In this document: positions 24,410 to 37,165 of the stretch, piece by piece | How the letters are laid out: every line of letters begins with the position of its first letter | How positions within the stretch are numbered: the first letter of the stretch is position 1 | From: Folioceros fuciformis | Lineage: Eukaryota | Direction: 5' to 3' | NCBI GenBank assembly: GCA_049999805.1 | Contig: JBNGIO010004579.1 | Location: 1-64,000 of the forward strand | Length of the DNA: 64,000 bases | The notes under the pieces: model-generated | What the model was told of the DNA's origin: nothing | Databases searched by the model: none | What the model saw: only the letters and a program-made list of their open reading frames with translations | Translations under genes and position numbers: made by a program

Positions 24410-26368
24410 ATGGCTGGTGGGCGTGAAGAATTTTTGGAGTCCCAGCACACTGATACATACCCTTTACTGATGGCCCATGCGTCCTCTTCTACTTCAGACT
24501 TGGATCACGTTGTAGTTGTCAGGCCAGGGATTGTCCCTGACCAAGATCACAATGGGGGACACTATCAAAGTCTTAGTGGCGCTTCTGATTCTCAGGCCGA
24601 ATCTGTGGTGGTTCCTGTAGGAGCTCTAAATGGACGACCATCTGGAAGCTCGGGTTCAAGGTCTGATGCAGCAGCAGTAACACCCACCTCCGCTGGCACC
24701 GTGCCCCCGAGGTCAAATGAAACCTCAAGTGCATATGGGGGTACACGACAGAGGACAAGTCCTTTAAACTCTGGACCATGGATCTCCTTTGAACTAGTAA
24801 TCACAGTGAGCCAGATTGTTGCCTCCATTGTAGTCCTTTCTGTCTCCAGGGATGAGAAGCCACAAGCGCCTCTCGGTCTGTGGATTGCTGGCTATGCTGC
24901 TGGCTGTCTTGCCACTCTTCCTCTGCTGTACTGGCGATATACTCATCGGTATGTCCGACTTCGGGATCAAGACACTCTCCCAACTTCTTCAACCAACCCT
25001 CCTGCTCACACCTCCAATCCCTCTAATGACACATCTTCCTACGTGTCCCTTTCATTGCCTGCTGCACATGATGAAGAATCCGAAGGGGATCCAAGGTTGC
25101 AAATTGCAGATAATGAGGGCACAGAGAGTTCAGGTTCAGGGTACGTTCAAAGCTAGTGCATGGTCTTGTCATGTTGCCTTTAGTTGGCCTTTCCTGCGTC
25201 TCACTATCAGTTGAAGTATGTTGTGGATCTTTTGCAGGTTTGAAACGGCGGTGGAAAGATTCAAAATAGTTCTTGATTGTTTCTTTGCAGTCTGGTTTGT
25301 GGTCGGAAATGTTTGGATCTTTGGTGGACGATCATCGTCCAGCAATGCTCCCAATTTGTACAGGTATTGCTCATCCCTGTGCACTTCTGTGGGTGGTCCC
25401 AACTGTTTTTGCATGATGCTTGCAAGCATGTGCACCTTTCGAGTGGCTGTGTATTGACTTTTTGGTTTGGCAGCCGAAGGATGCATGTGAAGCATTAGAG
25501 CTAGTAGTGAAATGAGCATGTGCATGTGCTTCCTTAGTTGGATGCGTGACCGAGGATCCCTCGACAAATGAGGCTTTGTGCATCTGACAACTTTGATTTT
25601 TGCAGTTAAGCCTGATATGAGTCTATGGCATTCCTGCCTTGCTTTTATGCTATGTGCAGATGAAGTTTTCTATAACACATGCGTTGCCTTGTCAACACAG
25701 GTTGTGTATTGTTTTCTTGACTTTCAGCTGCATTGGGTATGCAATGCCGTTTATCCTCTGTGCGACCATATGTTGCTGTTTACCTTGCATCATCGCTCTG
25801 CTGGGCTTCCGGGAGGACGACAGGCAGGGACGTGGAGCTTCAGAGGAAGCTATATCAGCATTGCCAACCTATAAGTTTAAGGCCAAGGGTGGAAGTCACG
25901 ATGGCAAGCCTAAGGAGGACACTGAGTCAGACACCGAGGCTCCAGGCGAGGGTGGCATTGTTGGATTCGGCACAGATAATGAACGAGTCGTCTCGGCAGA
26001 TGATGCAGTGCGTCTATTTTCCTGCTAATTAACTCGTCCCTTTCGATTTGTGGTAGTGAATGTACTGTAGCTGGCTTAGTTGGTTCTAGTTTTTACTGAT
26101 GTTTCCTTCCTTGAACCTGGATGCACAGCTGTGCTGCATCTGCCTGGGCAAGTACAAACATGAGGTGGAGTTGAGGGAGCTCCCGTGTTCGCATCATTTC
26201 CACGTCGAGTGTGTTGATAAGTGGTTGAAGATTAATGCTTCTTGCCCCCTGTGCAAGAAGGAGGTAGGAGGAGGTAGTGAGACCCAAGATCAGGCCAGTG
26301 AGGCAGTTGAAGAGCGGGACGTTGCTCAAACAGTTGCAGGAGCAGAAGTGGCTGCCAGGACTGGTTGA
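24410..26368 (+). CDS. Transmembrane RING-H2 E3 ubiquitin ligase; 4 exons
   Basis: Motifs SPLNSGPWISFELVITVSQIVAS, DCFFAVWFVVGNVW, ICCCLPCII and GASEEAISALPTYKF, followed by the RING-H2 CCICLGKYKHEVELRELPCSHHFHVECVDKWLKINASCPLCK. Confidence 0.95.
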
Positions 26369-26849
26369 TGCTTCGTCTTGTTGAGTATCAAAGATGGGGG
26401 CACTGTGTCTAGATGCGCTTACCCGCTGTACTCCCTAGCAGGTTGTTATGAGTCTCCCCTCTAGCCGTTTGGACTGCTTTCCAAGTGAGGAGTCAAATCA
26501 GCAATCTAGATCGTTGAGAAGTGATAGGTTACTGATCCAACGTGGTGTAAGCTAACAAGCAGATTGCCACCCATGCGCCCATATCCTGCTTGTGGTTAAG
26601 CAGGCATCCTCTGAATTGCATCTTCGGTGATGCAGATAGTTCAACCCAGTCCTGCCACCGGACGTGAACAGCTTTGGACAGTCTCCAAGGACTTTAACGC
26701 GGTTATTTGTCCATAAAGTCTCTTGTTTCAATACTCCTCGATGTAATGTACATTTTTGCTACCTATAATGACAGACTCTACAATTTGCGTCCTGCCCGTT
26801 TGATCGTCGATTTTCTTTTGTTACATTGCGGCGTTGTCAGAGTAGGGAG

Positions 26850-28838
26850 TCAGTCGGGCAAGATGGGGAGTCGGCTGACGCTGGTCCCTCCTGTGCTTGA
26901 GAGGTGTTTACCATCTTCCTCACATTCCAGAGCAGGTCCAGCAGAGAGCGATGCTCCACCAGCAGAAGCGTGGGAAGGGAGAATCCTGAGGCGAAGCTTG
27001 GCATCACTCCCAGCCTTCTCCGTGGCCAACTGGTACCCTTCCGCTAGCTTCTCCTGCAAGCCGATAACATCAATGCTCCTAGGGAGCAGCTCCACCGGCT
27101 GACCCCTGGGAATCACGATACGCTCTATGGCCTGCCGCGCTTCCTCCAAGGCATCTATCCTCTCCTCCGACGTGCTACTGCTACCCCGCTCCCTGCTCTG
27201 TTGCTCCGCGTCCCTCTCCCTGAGCGCATCCGACGACACCCACGCATTGCTCACCAACGTCTCCATCCCCAGAATTGCCCGCAGCGCCCTCACCATCTGC
27301 GCCATGGTGTTGGCCTTGATTGCGAAGATAGGAAGCTGCCGAAACTTGGCCATCCCCCGTACCCAAGAGTTCTGCTTCAACTTGCTCCTCAGCGCCAGCA
27401 CGGCGTCCGCAGCTCCGATGTCGTCCGTGAGCTGCACGGCCTTTTCCAGCCCCATTACCTCCACCACCTGCTCTAGCGCCGCCTCCGTCACCTGGTACGC
27501 GAAGAGCTTCAGAGGAGGGTCACCCAAACCCCAACCCTTGCCGCCACGTCCCGCCACATAGTCCTCGTCCTCCAAGCCCTCCTCATCGCTCTCACCATCG
27601 CTGCCGGAGCATCCATCCTGGGAAGCTTGGCTTTCCACGAAAGCAGAAGAAGCAATCACCTGTCCGGTATCCGTCATCCTCCGCACCTCCACCTGGGGAG
27701 TGCGCCCCGCGAGAAGAGCGTCCACGGTGGCCGCCAGGCTTCGATGCACGCGCCACTCGCTCCTTGACGCCATCTCCACCGCGGCCGTGAAGGTCGGCGG
27801 GCCCATCCGCTCCAGCACACTCTTCTGCACACCCCGCCTTCGAGCCTCCTCGTCCCCGAGTGTCACGCTTTGGATGCCCCCCGCCAAGCTCTGAAGGGAG
27901 GGATTCTTGATGAGGTTATCCACAGTCATGCCGTGCGCGGTGGCCACCAGCTGCACTCCCCGCTGCGCGATGGTCCCCGCTGCAGCAGCCTCCCGCTCCG
28001 TCCCAATCTCATCAATCACGATAGTCTGCGGCATATGATTCTCCACGGCCTCAATCATCACGTGGTGCTGCATCTCCACCCTGGCCACCTGCATCCTCCT
28101 AGCCCTCCCAATCCCGGGATGCGCGATGTCCCCGTCCCCTCCAATCTCGTTCGAGGTGTCCACCACCACGACGCGCCTCGCGTACTCGTCCGCCAGCACC
28201 CGCGCCACCTCCCGGATGGCCGTAGTCTTGCCGACCCCTGGGGGCCCCATGAGCAGCAGCGAGCCTCCCCCGGCCACCAAGTCCCGCACCATCTCGGCGC
28301 TCCCCGAGATGGCCCGCCCCACCCGGCATGTGAGCCCGACAATCTTCCCTCCCCTGTTCCGGATCGCGCTCACCCGATGCAGTGTCCTGTCGATTCCCGC
28401 CCGGTTGTCCTCCGCGAAATCCCCGACCACAGCCACGGCTCTTGCCAAATCCTCTGCCGACACCGCCTGCTCCGAAATCGGCCAATCCCCGGACGGGAAC
28501 CTGGCCACCGGCCGCCTCCCGAGGTCCAGCACGATTTCCACCAATTCCTGGATCTCCTCATGCTGCAGCAGGCTGTCCCGCAGCGGCTCCGCCACCAACG
28601 CCACCAGCTGCTCCAGCTCCCCTTCCAATGCGCGTCCTTTCTCTTCCCCTTGCGTTTGAACAAACAGCCTCGTCGTCAAGCTCCGCCCCCCGCCATGGCC
28701 ACACCACCCGGTCACGTGCCGGAGCCGAAGCTCCACGCCCCATCTCCCGCGTCCGCCACAAACACGATCTTGACATCGGACTGGGGTCGTGAAGCCGACG
28801 CGGACGCGCACGCCCGGGGCCACGATCAGGCAATTCAT
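26850..28838 (-). CDS. ycf45: Ycf45 / SpoIIIAA-family AAA+ ATPase with a degenerate C-terminal R3H-like region; intronless
   Basis: EIVLDLGRRP, DNRAGIDRTLHRVSAIRNR, Walker A GPPGVGKTT, VDTSNEIGGDG, Walker B IVIDEIG, ATAHG, and C-terminal VELLPR...RLRILP. Confidence 0.92.
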   Translation of the reverse strand: MNCLIVAPGVRVRVGFTTPVRCQDRVCGGRGRWGVELRLRHVTGWCGHGGGRSLTTRLFVQTQGEEKGRALEGELEQLVALVAEPLRDSLLQHEEIQELVEIVLDLGRRPVARFPSGDWPISEQAVSAEDLARAVAVVGDFAEDNRAGIDRTLHRVSAIRNRGGKIVGLTCRVGRAISGSAEMVRDLVAGGGSLLLMGPPGVGKTTAIREVARVLADEYARRVVVVDTSNEIGGDGDIAHPGIGRARRMQVARVEMQHHVMIEAVENHMPQTIVIDEIGTEREAAAAGTIAQRGVQLVATAHGMTVDNLIKNPSLQSLAGGIQSVTLGDEEARRRGVQKSVLERMGPPTFTAAVEMASRSEWRVHRSLAATVDALLAGRTPQVEVRRMTDTGQVIASSAFVESQASQDGCSGSDGESDEEGLEDEDYVAGRGGKGWGLGDPPLKLFAYQVTEAALEQVVEVMGLEKAVQLTDDIGAADAVLALRSKLKQNSWVRGMAKFRQLPIFAIKANTMAQMVRALRAILGMETLVSNAWVSSDALRERDAEQQSRERGSSSTSEERIDALEEARQAIERIVIPRGQPVELLPRSIDVIGLQEKLAEGYQLATEKAGSDAKLRLRILPSHASAGGASLSAGPALECEEDGKHLSSTGGTSVSRLPILPD

Positions 28839-28987
28839 CTCCCATCGTCTCTCGTTCCTATCACATGGCATCATGTATCCATCCATCCTATGTCAACCAC
28901 ACCATGGGCCCATCCCATTTTCTCCCATATCATGGGACATGCCTTTATGAAATGTGATGGCGACTCGCATATCCAGTTTCAGTGTGC

Positions 28988-29058
28988 GGGATCCGGAATT
29001 CGAACCTCCGTCGTCAAGTGGCGAGAGTGTTCCGTGCTAACCAGGCATCCACGTCCCC
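28988..29058 (-). other. tRNA-like (possible SINE head) element with pol III A- and B-box-like motifs
   Basis: The minus strand reads GGGGACGTGGATGCCTGGTTAGCAC...GGAGGTTCGAATTCCGGATCCC, with complementary GGGA/TCCC ends but no clean cloverleaf. Confidence 0.4.
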
Positions 29059-30131
29059 TGGAAGGAAAGCCTCCTTCCGTTGTCCCCGTTCCGCCTTGCG
29101 AACATCATGTTATCCTCTATAATACAGTGGCATCCAATCCGCTAACCCGGGCTCCAGGTTCATATAACCCCGGCACGGTTACAAATATCTCTGCTCTCTA
29201 ACCAAATATCTTGACAACCAGACAAATCGCATCCCGTTCTCGTGGCACTGCATCCACCACCACTCCCTCGTCCCGCAGAAGCCCACGGCGCAAAAAGGGG
29301 CTGCGTCTACACACCCCCGGCCGGACACAGCCCTAGAAGAAGCGCCCGGCTAAGACATGCCCAGAATGTGCGGGAGCGTTAAGTCCGGGCGCCTCATTCA
29401 CGCAGTCCCCACTGACTACACTTTCTCTTCTCTCATCACAGTTGGGCCGATATCGCTCATGAGGGTGGGAGGCGAGAAGAGTGCGGGGTCAGAGAAGCGG
29501 CAGGGCTTGAGAGGTTGTGAAAGTGTAGGGTTTTTTTGTCCTGGCACTCAAGTAGGGCAGCGGCTTAAACCCTAAACCATCCGCTACATGGTGCACGAAG
29601 GACGCAGCTTTTCTGTCCTTGCAGATAGAGTGCTGCTGCTGTCGCTGCTGCTACCGCTCAGGGAAGATCTGCTCGTCGAGATAGTCGACGGCTATCTTTG
29701 TTTCCGCCCTGCCGATCCCTGGTGAGCTTCTAGACTGCCCGTTCTGTGTGCGGTGTTGTTGGGCGTGGCAGGGTTCGGAAGTTTCTAGAAGGTGCGGCAT
29801 GTTGTGTTGGGGATGGTTTGTTGCCTCGTCTGGAGGGACGGTGGGCGAGGTTCTGTTGCCCTCGTCGTATGTGTTGGAGTGTCTGGTGGGTTGGGTGCGG
29901 GGATTGTTTTCCTTTGCTTGCAAGTGAGTTTTTCTTGTGACGGCGGGGGTTGGGGCTGCGGATGACATCACCGGGCTCTGTTGCTGATGGGTGATGCTGT
30001 TGTGTGGATGCAGGCTAGACGCTGAGGGGTTGCCTCCCTACACATAGTTGGAGAGTGCCGTAGGAGGTATCAGCGTGGCGCCGATAACGGGCAGGGAGGT
30101 TGGCGTCCGAGCGCTGCTCTGGGTCAGAGCC

Positions 30132-32681
30132 ATGGCTGGAGCCACCACCCTCACTCCCTCCGCCTCCCTGCAGCTGCAAGGGCTATGTCTGGAGACGTCT
30201 AAGAGGGCTTTGGCGTCTCGGGCCAGTGCCGCCGGGTGGCCTAACCCGGCCCTGTCGCTCTCCTCGTCATCGTCCTCCTGTTTCGGTGGCGAGGCTGGGA
30301 AGGTGGGCCTGAGCGTTTCTAGGCCCGCGTTCCTGACGCCCGGGCAGAAATGTCCGGACGTGCTGAAGTCTGCCATGTGTTTTCAGAGGGACGGGCTGTT
30401 GAAGGGGATTGAGGATTTTGACTCCTCCTCCTTCGCTGCGAAGGGGTCCAGGGGGGTCCACACGCAAGGGGCGTACCAGTCGTCGGCGGTGGTATCTGCA
30501 GAGTACCTGGTAGCAGAGGACGAGCAGACCAATGTGAGGGATGGCAGGTTCAGCAGCGCCTCCAGTGGTCTCTTCTCCTACGATGTCAGGGGTGAGCCTG
30601 TTGGAGCTTCGGAGGCTGCAGATGCTAGGGACCCACTTGTCATCGCCAATCTGGGCATTTCTGACACCATCGTCAAGGCTTTGTCTGCCCGTGGTATCGA
30701 GAAGTTGTTTCCTATCCAGAGCGCGGTGTTGGAGCCCGCCATGCGGGGCAAGGACTTGATAGGCCGGGCCAAGACGGGGACCGGGAAGACGCTAGCTTTT
30801 GGGATACCCATCCTCCACAAGATTTCCGAGGAGAATGAGCAGAACAGATTAGCCAAAAGGATGGGTCGCACTCCCCGGGCTCTTGTGCTTGCACCAACCC
30901 GAGAGCTTGCCAAGCAGGTGGAGCGGGAGTTCAAGGAGTCAGCTCCGCACCTGAGCACGTGCTGTGTCTACGGAGGTGTGTCCATCATAGAGCAAAAGCG
31001 ATCTCTTGATCGAGGCGTGGACATTGTTGTCGGCACACCGGGGCGAGTGATCGACCTGCTTAATCAGGGTAACCTCAAGCTGCAAGATTGTCGCTTTATC
31101 GTCCTGGATGAAGCAGATCAGATGCTTGCTGTTGGCTTTGCGGAGGATGTGGAAAGGATCCTGGAGTCTGCGCCGACTGTGAGGCAGACCATGTTGTTTT
31201 CCGCCACCATGCCTGCATGGGTCCTTAAGTTGTCCCGGCGGTATCTGAAGGAGCCCACGACCATTGATCTGGTGGGGGACAACGATGAAAAGCTTGCCGA
31301 GGGCATCAAGATTAAGGCGGTGGGGGTTGGTGGAACCATGAAGAGGACGGTCTTGAATGACCTCATCACAGTCTACGGCAAAGGTGGGAAAACCATTGTG
31401 TTCACCCAGACTAAGCGGGATGCTGATGAGGTTGCGATGGTTATGAGTCGGATATTGGGTTGTGAGGCCCTTCACGGTGACATCTCCCAGCACCAGCGTG
31501 AGAAGACTTTGAACGGGTTCCGTTCAGGAATATTCTCTGTCCTGGTCGCCACAGATGTGGCTGCTCGAGGTCTGGATATTCCCAACGTCGATCTCGTCAT
31601 TCACTACGAAGCACCTAATGACTCTGAGACCTTCGTCCACCGCACGGGAAGGACAGGCAGGGCTGGGAAAACTGGTACTGCCATCCTGATGTATGCGAGC
31701 CAGCAGCAACGAACACTGAGAACTATCGAGCAGGATGTGGGATGCAAGTTTGAGTATATCGCACCTCCAACCTTGTACGAAGTATTGAGGTCGTCCGCCG
31801 ACCAAGCGGAAGACCAGATCAGGAAAGTGCATCCTGAATTGAAGACTGTCTTCCTGGAGACTGCAGAGAAACTTTTGGCAGAGCAGGGTTCTGGGGCACT
31901 CGCAGCTGCGATTGCACACATGAGCGGGTACACGCAACCTCCTGCCCCGCGCTCTTTGATCACCCATGAGGAAGGGAAGGTCACCTTGCGTCTCATCCGC
32001 ACCGGACGACCCATTCGCAGTCTCATCAATGCGCGAGCTGTCACAGGAGCCGTGTCGAGCATCTTCCCTGAGGCGGCATACCAAATGGGTAAAATCCGTG
32101 TGATCTCAGAACCTGATGTTGACGGGGCTGTTTTTGATGTGCCTGAGGAGTTGGCCAAAGAATTCCTGTCGAAGCCTACTGCAGCTGGCGAGACTGTGGA
32201 CATGCCTAAAGTGCTTCCCAGGCTGGAGGATGATGAAGAGGACATGAGATCGCGCGACTTTGGAAGGTTCTCAAGNNNNNNNNNNNNNNNNNNNNNNNNN
32301 NNNNNNNNNNNNNNNNNNNNNNNNNNNNNNNNNNNNNNNNNNNNNNNNNNNNNNNNNNNNNNNNNNNNNNNNNNNGGTGGCTATGGATCCTCTTATGGAT
32401 CCCCCAGTGGTGGTTACGGGTCCTCTGCCGGTGGCTATGGATCTCCTAGTGGTGGAGGTTATGGTGGCTATGGATCTGGTAGTGGAAGTGGTGGCTACGG
32501 GTATGGGAGTGGATCTGGGAGCACAAGGTCTGACGGTCTGGTAAGGAGAGGCGGGGGAGATTCTTATGGTGGCAGCAGTGGAGGTTCTAGCAGGGGTGGC
32601 TCGTTCGGTGGTGCCTGCTATGTATGTGGGCAGCCTGGTCACCGTCCCTCAGACTGCCCTTCAGGTGGTAGTAGGCGGTGA
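30132..32681 (+). CDS. RH3: Plastid DEAD-box RNA helicase RH3-like (GUCT domain, Gly/Ser-rich tail, CCHC knuckle)
   Basis: Q motif (LFPIQ), [30 protein letters not shown] and [10 protein letters not shown], then a GUCT-like region and [15 protein letters not shown] 100-N gap lies at 32276-32375. Confidence 0.93.
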   Translation: MAGATTLTPSASLQLQGLCLETSKRALASRASAAGWPNPALSLSSSSSSCFGGEAGKVGLSVSRPAFLTPGQKCPDVLKSAMCFQRDGLLKGIEDFDSSSFAAKGSRGVHTQGAYQSSAVVSAEYLVAEDEQTNVRDGRFSSASSGLFSYDVRGEPVGASEAADARDPLVIANLGISDTIVKALSARGIEKLFPIQSAVLEPAMRGKDLIGRAKTGTGKTLAFGIPILHKISEENEQNRLAKRMGRTPRALVLAPTRELAKQVEREFKESAPHLSTCCVYGGVSIIEQKRSLDRGVDIVVGTPGRVIDLLNQGNLKLQDCRFIVLDEADQMLAVGFAEDVERILESAPTVRQTMLFSATMPAWVLKLSRRYLKEPTTIDLVGDNDEKLAEGIKIKAVGVGGTMKRTVLNDLITVYGKGGKTIVFTQTKRDADEVAMVMSRILGCEALHGDISQHQREKTLNGFRSGIFSVLVATDVAARGLDIPNVDLVIHYEAPNDSETFVHRTGRTGRAGKTGTAILMYASQQQRTLRTIEQDVGCKFEYIAPPTLYEVLRSSADQAEDQIRKVHPELKTVFLETAEKLLAEQGSGALAAAIAHMSGYTQPPAPRSLITHEEGKVTLRLIRTGRPIRSLINARAVTGAVSSIFPEAAYQMGKIRVISEPDVDGAVFDVPEELAKEFLSKPTAAGETVDMPKVLPRLEDDEEDMRSRDFGRFSXXXXXXXXXXXXXXXXXXXXXXXXXXXXXXXXXXGGYGSSYGSPSGGYGSSAGGYGSPSGGGYGGYGSGSGSGGYGYGSGSGSTRSDGLVRRGGGDSYGGSSGGSSRGGSFGGACYVCGQPGHRPSDCPSGGSRR

Positions 32682-33284
32682 AGGGGCTCTTCTATGTGGG
32701 TAGAACGGAGCGAAGCTTCCGTAGCTCAAGGAGAAGCGTCCGTAGTCTGGATAGCACGGATAATATGCTAGGGTAAGTTTATGAACACCGTAACTCCATA
32801 TAGCTCTGCGGAATATCCCGTAAGTCGTCTCTGGCTCCACTTTTAAACTGGGCCATACACGGTGTCTGAAGAGTGTAGTAATCCGTTTCCTTTGAACAAT
32901 GCCATGGGAATTGTTGGCTCAACATGTGGTAGAATGGCATGTTCCTTTGGAACGTAGTTTCCAAGATGTAAAGAGACTGTAGTGACGTATCGAGATAAGC
33001 AGAGGATGCTAGAAGTGGCCAGACTTAATACTCTAGGTTTGATAATCTATATTTGATTTGTGAATTCTTATCTCTTGAAACGTTAGACTCATGGGCTGCC
33101 AAATTTCTGTCCTTCGCTGCAGACCTTTCTCCCTCCATCATGTGTCATTACAATTTGCCGTTGTCACACTTGCCAGAGTGACCAAGAGTGACTATAGTTC
33201 TCAAAACCATCGCACAAAGGCCCGAAGCAAGGCGAACAGTACAACTGCCTGTACAGCTGCAATGAATATGTACAGGCACGCAGC

Positions 33285-34750
33285 TCAGACGTCCTTCTCA
33301 CTGACAACTTCGTAGTGCAGTCCAGCCCCCTGAAGCCTCTCTTGCAGATTAGTAGTAGCAAAGGCGGCCCCAGGTGACCAAACTCCACCTTGCGGTAAAA
33401 ATTCTCTCTGGTCGAGCACCAATAGAGCAGACTGTATCAGGCATATGGGGGTTGTGATGTAGCCGATCTCAGGGCCAGTTATGCGGGTCACAATCTGCTT
33501 ATCTGGCTTCTGCGTTGTTGATGTGGGCAGACTGCTATACCCCTTGCCCACAAACCACATGGAAAAGTAGCTGGACTCCACTTCCTCCTCCGTAGGTCCA
33601 TCCTTGGAGAAAGTGCCCAATGAGAAAAGCGACGGGTAAGCCAGAAGCAGCTTCTTTCCCCACGAGAACTGCGCAAGAAGCGTCCACACTAATGCCATTA
33701 TTATCAAAGCAATGATGGCTCCAAGGCTTTTGTTGGCAAGGTAACACCCATAGTAAGCTGGCTGTATAGACCTCCATTTCTGCTTGATGGTTTCCAAAGC
33801 TACATGATCTCCAGCACCAGCTGCCGTGGGCAAACCATCAGGGTACTGTGCCAACGTGGACTGAGTTTTCCGGACAAGAAGAGGGTCTGCAGAAGGTAGC
33901 TTCAAACCCCATGAGCCTGAGTTCTCTTCCCACTTGATAAGGGCAGGCTTTGTGGCTGGCAGGCCCGGAATCTGGAAAGGTGAAGACGACACAAGTAAAA
34001 AAAATCAAACACGGAAACCGGCAAGTAAGCACATTCGACAAGAAAGGGAGTGAATGATTAGCCACCGGAGAAAAGAACCATCATAAGTACCTTTGGTCGA
34101 GTACGCCGCGGCTTACGTTTCCTCAGCTCTGCCAAATTCTTAGAGCTGGAGAGCCCCAGAATAGCAGACTCATATGTGCCAAAGTTGCCACGAATTCTCC
34201 CACCCTTGGTACCCAGAAGGAGAAACGAGTCGACGCTGTTCGGAATCCACCTTCTGGTGGAAAACTCATGACTCGTGTACAGAGCACCTGTCTCCGCAGG
34301 GATGGAGTCATAGCCACAAGCTGAGACGACCAGAGACCCATTCTTGACAGCCAAGTCATGGTACTTGAGCTCCATGGTCTCCATGAACTCCGGCTCTCCG
34401 GTGATATCCAGATAATCCACCCCAGCCTCCACACAGGCTGCTACCACGGGCTCCCCGTACTTCCGATAAGGCCCCACACACGAGACGAGCAGCCTGGTCT
34501 GCTTGCAGAGCGCAGCCAGAGAGTCGCGCGAGGTCACATCAGCTTCGATAATGCGTATCTGAGACGCGAGACCCGGACCACCCGCCCAGGTCAGTGCGTC
34601 ACTCAGCTTCACCTTGCTCCGGCCGGCAATCCCGATCTTCCGCTTCCCACCCTTCCCATCGTCCTGGAACTTGAGCATCTCCCGGATCACATACTTCCCC
34701 GTAAAGCCAGAGGCTCCGAAGATAACAACGTCTAGCAACTGCTCAGCCAT
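33285..34750 (-). CDS. Saccharopine dehydrogenase-like oxidoreductase (SCCPDH-like); 2 exons
   Basis: Motifs DVVIFGASGFTG, IAGRS, CVGPYRKYGEPVV, YLDITGEPEF, CGYDSIP, GPEIGYITT and GGVWSPG. Intron 33972-34090. Confidence 0.93.
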
Positions 34751-36939
34751 GTCCGCCTGCTTTCCCCAGGTCCGCTCCTGACGCCTGGTCGCCTACCGTC
34801 TGCCACCTCCGAAACACAGACTGAGCGACTAAACCACCCCGTTCCCTCGCTAGGGCATTCACTACTTGAATAAACCAGTGCCATTTTCTCGATTGAATCA
34901 TCCGATCGTGACCGGATGCAGCCTCAGGGTCTGCCCCGTGTCTGAATAACGGTGCGTCCAGGGCAACAAGAACCCTTGCTTACGTGCCCGCGTTCATCCG
35001 GTTTCAGCTCGAAGCACACAAACTCCATCCAAAAGCAGCTCGAAATCACGCTTGGATGCTGCTGTTCTCACATTTCGCGAGCTGGGGTTGCAGGGATGCT
35101 GTCTCTCCACTGATGTCGACAGGTACTCCGTAAAGGTGGAGTACGTGTGCCTGGAACTCCACCTTCTGTCTGCAAGCCGTTCATCATACGTTATGTGTGG
35201 GAAAAGGTGATGACGAAAGAAAACTGCACCGACATTGAGCAAGTGACAAACACTTGCTTGTGACGCAACCTTAGCTTTGGACTTCGCAGCTGGCCTGATT
35301 ACCATTGCCCTTGGACAAAATGCCCTCCAGTAAGGTGAGGGAAGACACGCCGATTGCAAACCTCTCTTCCATATCATCCTAGAATTCTTCCAAATTGCAG
35401 AGGCCTGTGCAAAGTCTCGTGCATGGATTCGGCCCCCCATCTCAAGTGTGTGTAGAGTACTCCTATACTCGTGTACTCGTGTTCAAAGCAACATAGCTGT
35501 TGCTGCGTTGCTGCTTTATTGGAGAAGACTCATCAAAATCTTGTCACGATGCAGACAAAACTTGAATCAAATCCATCCCATCTTGCTCTGTAATGCTGGG
35601 TATGAGCTAGTTCTTGCACTTCACAGTTTTGCTAAGATAGGGGATGGTGCAGAATTAGCCCCAACTCGCTTATGCTATTTCATAAATCAAAGGTAGCAAA
35701 ATGCATAGAAAGCTTCACACATAACCTTGTCTTTCTAAAAACCATGGCAATCACACACAGCCACAATATTAAAGAAGTTATGTTGGTTGATATTAGTCTA
35801 CCTAAAAAACTATGTTTAAATAAAATAACTCAAACTTATGTCACTAGCTAATGAAGTCATGTATGTTTATTTGAAGCTGCCTAAAGAGTTCATAGTACAT
35901 AGTATTATTTGACCACTAAATTAAGATGATCTAATCTAAACTTTCATTAATTTTTTTAAAGATCTAGATGTGTGATGCAAAGCTTTAAAATATTATTTTT
36001 TTGGAGGTTCTATTTTACGTCACATACCTATCGTTTGTCTTTTCAATCCTCGCAAGGTGAGACACAAATCTCCACCTACAAACTCATAGGCTGCATAACT
36101 TGGTGTTAGGTGATAAACACCACGTAGCCCATTTATGCACTTATACTTTAATGATAAGAGAATAATAATAAGTTATTTATTTATTAGAGAAAACTCTACC
36201 CCTTACATAGGGAGATAAATCATGATAAGAACTCTAGGGGCTAACCCTCGAAGGGTAATGCCTACCAATAGCACCTTTAATGTAATCCACACTCTTATAT
36301 AGTAACTCCTCGAGGAATCCAATGATTATTAATTATTAGATTTAGGGTAATCCCTAAACCCTAAATGGAGAGATAGGTATTTTCTATTATTAAAAAAGAG
36401 AATCTTGTCTACTCCAAAGATGGGAGGAATGATCGGGGCCAAAGATAAAAAGGTACTAGCTCCTTCAAACATCATTCTGATGCTCCCAAAATGTCATGAA
36501 GTAGAATAATAAAAAGTCTACTACCTACCTACCACCGGTGTTGAAGAAAGGCCTACTTACCATCGGTGCCAAAGAAGCTGCTTAACTTGCACTTAAGCCG
36601 CTTGCACTTGTTGCTGTTCTAAAACCCGCAGGTGCCAAAGAAGCCGCTTATTCTAAAACCCACAAGTGCCAAAAGAAGCCGCTTAACCTCCGCTTGTTAC
36701 TCCTGCGCTTGTCACTATTCTAAAATTGCATGCATACGTTTTGTCAAAAGAAGACCACCGCAAAGGAAAGAGAAGACTAAACCCTAAACCCAATGTGGAC
36801 TCCCTACTCTCTACCTACCTACAAATTACTACCTTGGTGCTATTCAACCCATTCTATATGAAGATTGGGTCTTATGAAGTTAAAGCTTCTCGGAGAGGCC
36901 TCATTCTCTTATTGAGCTCTTTCTTCTTAAGACACTGTC

Positions 36940-37165
36940 CAGGTTGCCCTAAAGAGGTTAAATTGCCTTGCTGCCCTAAAGAGGTTAAATTGCCTTGTTG
37001 ATGCCTTATTCTCTTCTAGCCACCAACAAGGTTGCCTTGCTAATGCCTCATTCTCTTCTAGCCACCAACAAGGTTGCCTTGCTGATGCCTCATTCTCTTC
37101 TAGCCACGAACAAGATTGCCCTAAACATGTCAAATCGCACGATGGCCTCATTCTCTTCTAGTCAC
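36940..37165. repeat. Degenerate tandem repeats (27-bp x2 and 42-bp x3-4) in an AT-rich, probably TE-derived region
   Basis: TGCCCTAAAGAGGTTAAATTGCCTTG occurs twice; GATGCCTCATTCTCTTCTAGCCACCAACAAGGTTGCCTTGCT is repeated. Confidence 0.8.

Noticed and set aside
27870-29201. 443-aa plus-strand ORF, and similar long antisense ORFs over RH3 and the PPR genes
   Set aside because: Shadow frames of GC-rich coding sequence on the opposite strand, with no recognisable motifs.
36000-36930. LTR-like AT-rich segment
   Set aside because: No paired LTR, PBS, PPT or target-site duplication could be identified by eye.
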